NCBI GenBank assembly: GCA_963668645.2
Contig: CAXXWC010000021.1
Coordinates: 1,376,001 to 1,440,000, forward strand
Direction of reading: 5' to 3'
Source of the DNA: Desulfobacterales bacterium
GTDB lineage: Bacteria > Desulfobacterota > Desulfobacteria > Desulfobacterales > UBA2174
DNA length: 64,000 bases
This document shows, piece after piece, positions 61,013 to 64,000 of this stretch. Made by a program: the position numbers and the translations under genes. The number at the start of each line of letters is the position of its first letter. Position 1 is the stretch's first letter. Under the pieces are notes generated by a model that was not told the DNA's origin, did not search any database, and saw only the letters and a list, made by a program, of their open reading frames with translations.

Positions 61013-61771
61013 TCAGCCTTCCATCTCCAATGCATCCAGACGCCGGATGAACTCCTTCTGAATAAAATCCGGGATATTGTAACCGATGTCCTTTCTAAGC
61101 CCCCGCAGGTCGCGCTGCCGTACCCGGGCCGGCTTGTACCACCTGCTGGGCCGCATGTCATCGAAGTCCAGCAGCCAGATCCGGTCCTCGCCGAAAATCA
61201 AGTTGGCCACGCGGACATCCCCGTGGATTAACCCGAGCCGCCCGATCCTGGCCACCAGATCGACAATGAAATCCATCGCCCTTTCGATTTTATCCGATGC
61301 ATGGCGGTATCGATCGAAATACGCATCTCCCGTGATGCCGTCGACATGCTCATAAAGATAGTACGATTCCCTGCGCAAAGGGCCGATGCGCGTTTCGACA
61401 AAGCCGACCGGGGGCGGTACCAGGATGCCGTTGGCCCGCAGAAGGCGCGAGTAGTACCAATTGCGGCTGGCGCGTGTCTTTCTGAAAAGCCGCTTGAACT
61501 TGTGCCAGGCGGATTTGTAATTGTGCCGTTTGATGACGATCTTCAGCTGCCCGACTTGTAAAACTCCTATTTTACTCTTGAAATTTGCTTGCAGGATCTG
61601 AACTTCATCTTGATCGAGATACCTTGCCGGATCTTGCAGAATCATGAGCAGTTCACGGGAAAGGTACTGCTTGCCGATCTCGACATGGCGCCGGAAGCTA
61701 TGGTCCACAAAGATGTTTTCCATGCCAACCGATTCGTTATCGGATTGTTTTTTCTGATAAGATTCTTTCAT
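61013..61771 (-). CDS. LPS core kinase (Kdo/WaaP/InaA-like)
   Basis: VIKRHN, RASRNW, HGDVRVANL, LLDFD; start may be 61723. Confidence 0.82.
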   Translation of the reverse strand: MKESYQKKQSDNESVGMENIFVDHSFRRHVEIGKQYLSRELLMILQDPARYLDQDEVQILQANFKSKIGVLQVGQLKIVIKRHNYKSAWHKFKRLFRKTRASRNWYYSRLLRANGILVPPPVGFVETRIGPLRRESYYLYEHVDGITGDAYFDRYRHASDKIERAMDFIVDLVARIGRLGLIHGDVRVANLIFGEDRIWLLDFDDMRPSRWYKPARVRQRDLRGLRKDIGYNIPDFIQKEFIRRLDALEMEG

Positions 61772-62879
61772 AGCACGTTTCGTGGGCCGCCGTGATCTGT
61801 TCCCAGGTGCATCTTTCCGCCGTCATCCTGGCCTGTCTTGCAATATTTGAACGAAGATCCTCGTCAAAAAGGGTTTTCAATAAATCCGGCAGTTGCCCCG
61901 GCTCATGCATCAGAAACCCGTTCCAGCCGTGCCTGATAATATCGGCCACGCCGGAATTGCTGCTGACAATCGTGGCAAGGCCGCAAGCCATCGCCTCCAG
62001 GATGGTCATCCCGAAGGCCTCGGACCTGGAGGGCAGCGCCACAACATCCGCCGCGGCGTAATACTTCCTGACATCCTCATCGAAACCGAAAAACTGCACG
62101 CGCTGTTCAAGGTCTCGGCGCATCACCATCCGTTTGTATCGGCTCACATGATCACCGCTTCCCACAACGAAAAGGCGCATGTTCGGTGAAAGGGCTGGGA
62201 TCAATCGGTCCAGCCCTTTTCTTTTGAAGGCCGAGCCCACGAACACGATGACCAGCTCGTTTCCCCGGACCCCCAGCCGAGCACGCGCCTCCTGCCTTTG
62301 GGCCTTGATCAGATCCGGGTGAAAGGTGTCGGTGTCCACCCCCGGGCGGATCACCGTCACATTCCCGGTCCGCCCGTAGCGCAGGGCAATATCTTCGGCG
62401 ATCGCATCGGAGACCGATATGAGCCAGGGCGAAGCCATCTGTTTTTTTTCAAGCCATAGATAACAAAGGCTTCTGAGGCTCAGGTATTTTTGATCGAATC
62501 TTTTCAGGCCGGAATATTTTTCTAATCCCGACAGATATGAAAAGCTGTGCAGGGTCAACACATCCTGTTTGTAGTTGCGCTCATGGGAATGGATGATGTC
62601 GTACGGCTTGTCCCTGAGCATTCCGCTTGTCTTCCGGATAAAATCGAGGGTGCTCAGAACATTGGAAAAAGAGACGCTGCGCGCAACGCGGTGGACGGTT
62701 ATGCCGTCGATAAACCTTTCGTCAGCCTCATAAGCGTAAACATCCACCTGGTGCCCCTTGTCGAGCAATCCTTTTGCCACCTGGAGCGCATAAATCTCTT
62801 TGCCCCCCGAGGGGCCGAACCTCTTGATCAAAAAAGCGATTCTCAGCACTTTCGACTGCACTCCATCACCTGGCGGCAT
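61737..62879 (-). CDS. Glycosyltransferase family 4 (WaaG-like)
   Basis: GGKE, FVGSAFKRKGL, EAFGMTILEAMACG; start uncertain. Confidence 0.88.
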   Translation of the reverse strand: MPPGDGVQSKVLRIAFLIKRFGPSGGKEIYALQVAKGLLDKGHQVDVYAYEADERFIDGITVHRVARSVSFSNVLSTLDFIRKTSGMLRDKPYDIIHSHERNYKQDVLTLHSFSYLSGLEKYSGLKRFDQKYLSLRSLCYLWLEKKQMASPWLISVSDAIAEDIALRYGRTGNVTVIRPGVDTDTFHPDLIKAQRQEARARLGVRGNELVIVFVGSAFKRKGLDRLIPALSPNMRLFVVGSGDHVSRYKRMVMRRDLEQRVQFFGFDEDVRKYYAAADVVALPSRSEAFGMTILEAMACGLATIVSSNSGVADIIRHGWNGFLMHEPGQLPDLLKTLFDEDLRSNIARQARMTAERCTWEQITAAHETCYERILSEKTIR

Positions 62880-63085
62880 CCTGTGCCAAGCACCTTTGCC
62901 ACCGCCCATAGGGCGGGGGGATGACCGCAAAACGGATTTGTCTCCCTTGCATCTTCATCGATTCTTAATCTTGAGAGGCTATAGGATCACACAGGGAATG
63001 CCGAGCCGCCTCCGAGATGCCTCGGCGCCTCTTGTAGCACGGGTGCGATGCCCGTGGCTACCGGCATGTCAACACCTGGCGAGAT

Positions 63086-63943
63086 ATGGATATGACAACA
63101 ATTTCCGTATACATCATCGCTTACAACGAGGCCCGGAAAATCCACGCCGCGATCCGGAGTGCTCTGTGGGCCGACGAAATCGTGGTGGCCGACTCGTACA
63201 GCACCGACGGCACCGATCAGATCGCAGCGCAACTCGGGGCCCAGGTGGTGCAGATCCCCTTCGAGGGTTTCGGACGGCTGCGCAACCAGGCCGTTGCCGC
63301 CTGCACCGGGGACTGGATTTTCAGCCTGGATGCCGATGAACGCTGTACGGCGGCGGTACGCGATGAGATCCTGGCCGCTATCAACCCCGATCCGCCTGCC
63401 GATGCGTTTTTCATCCCGCGGCGCAACTACTTCATGGGCCGCTGGATCCGCCACAGCGGATGGTACCCGGACTATCGCCAGCCCCAGCTTTTTCGACGCG
63501 GGACCATGAGTTACCGCGAAGAGGCGGTGCACGAGGGCTTCGTGCTGCACACGGATCGCCCCCCGGGATACCTGAACAACGCAATCTGGCAGTTACCCTT
63601 CGCCAACCTTGAAGAGATCCAGCAAAAAGCGATGCGCTATTCGACCCTCGGCGCGGTCCGCATGGCCACCGAGGGTCGACCCGGGGGTCTTCACCGGGGA
63701 CTGACCCATGGCGTCTGGGCCTTTGCACAGCATTATGTTCTCAAACTCGGATTCCTGGACGGGTGGCCGGGGTTTGTCATCGCCCTGGGCAACTTCGAAG
63801 GCACCTTCCATAAATATGCCAAACGCAAGGAACTGGATGCCGGCTGGCACCCTCCCCAAGATCCGCCCCTGCTAAAAGCCCAGTCCCCAACCGGCAGACC
63901 GCGGCCGGCGACAGCGATCCTCTGGGATCGCGCAGTGCCGTGA
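63086..63943 (+). CDS. Glycosyltransferase family 2 (KdtX/WaaE-like)
   Basis: IIAYNE, DSYSTDGT, SLDADE, GWYPD, VHEG, GFLDG. Confidence 0.9.
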   Translation: MDMTTISVYIIAYNEARKIHAAIRSALWADEIVVADSYSTDGTDQIAAQLGAQVVQIPFEGFGRLRNQAVAACTGDWIFSLDADERCTAAVRDEILAAINPDPPADAFFIPRRNYFMGRWIRHSGWYPDYRQPQLFRRGTMSYREEAVHEGFVLHTDRPPGYLNNAIWQLPFANLEEIQQKAMRYSTLGAVRMATEGRPGGLHRGLTHGVWAFAQHYVLKLGFLDGWPGFVIALGNFEGTFHKYAKRKELDAGWHPPQDPPLLKAQSPTGRPRPATAILWDRAVP

Positions 63944-64000
63944 ACGGCAAGGCGGCACTGCAAAGACAGCGGTTGAACCTGGCCGTGGTGATCAAACAAT
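63940..64000 (+). CDS. Start of the next gene, possibly a glycosyltransferase; truncated by the window edge
   Basis: GTG overlapping the previous stop (GTGA); MNGKAALQRQRLNLAVVIKQ. Confidence 0.35.
   Translation, partial: MNGKAALQRQRLNLAVVIKQ

Overview
GC-rich bacterial chromosome segment. Gene content (sigma54 enhancer-binding protein, pilC-pilS, lpxI, DHH-CBS tRNA nucleotidyltransferase, BamA with an extra N-terminal domain) suggests a Desulfobacterota/deltaproteobacterium; this is an inference. Bases 1-9313 (minus strand) hold the most interesting element: an operon encoding TolC, a HlyD-type adaptor, a GAF-HlyD fusion, a PqqD/RRE-like + M50 site-2-protease + HlyD fusion and a C-terminally truncated secondary SecA ATPase. 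It is followed by the start of an acidic ORF missing from the supplied ORF track (621 running off the left edge), which begins with a LEPR-xLL-type motif (YELETLEQRIMLSAD). No ABC or RND transporter is visible, so this looks like a SecA-powered, type-I-like export and processing system with its probable large substrate. 9.6-27.5 kb is mixed accessory and housekeeping DNA: small hypothetical proteins, gamma-CA, a ykgJ-SMUG1-tatD-tcdA unit, truC, an MBL hydrolase, groESL, a sigma54 regulator with cstA, a MORN protein, htpX, tetR, dodecin and a candidate sRNA. 27.5-64 kb is core DNA: tRNA-Val(CAC), IHF/HU, scpBA, trpS, tRNA nucleotidyltransferase, pilC, pilS, lysS, then lolE/D, bamA, skp, lpxD, fabZ, lpxA, lpxI, a gnnA-like gene, lpxB, msbA, lptF/G, waaA, lpxK and LPS core/O-antigen genes. 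No CRISPR array, rRNA, integrase or transposase was seen. All calls come from motif recognition by eye; no database searches were run.
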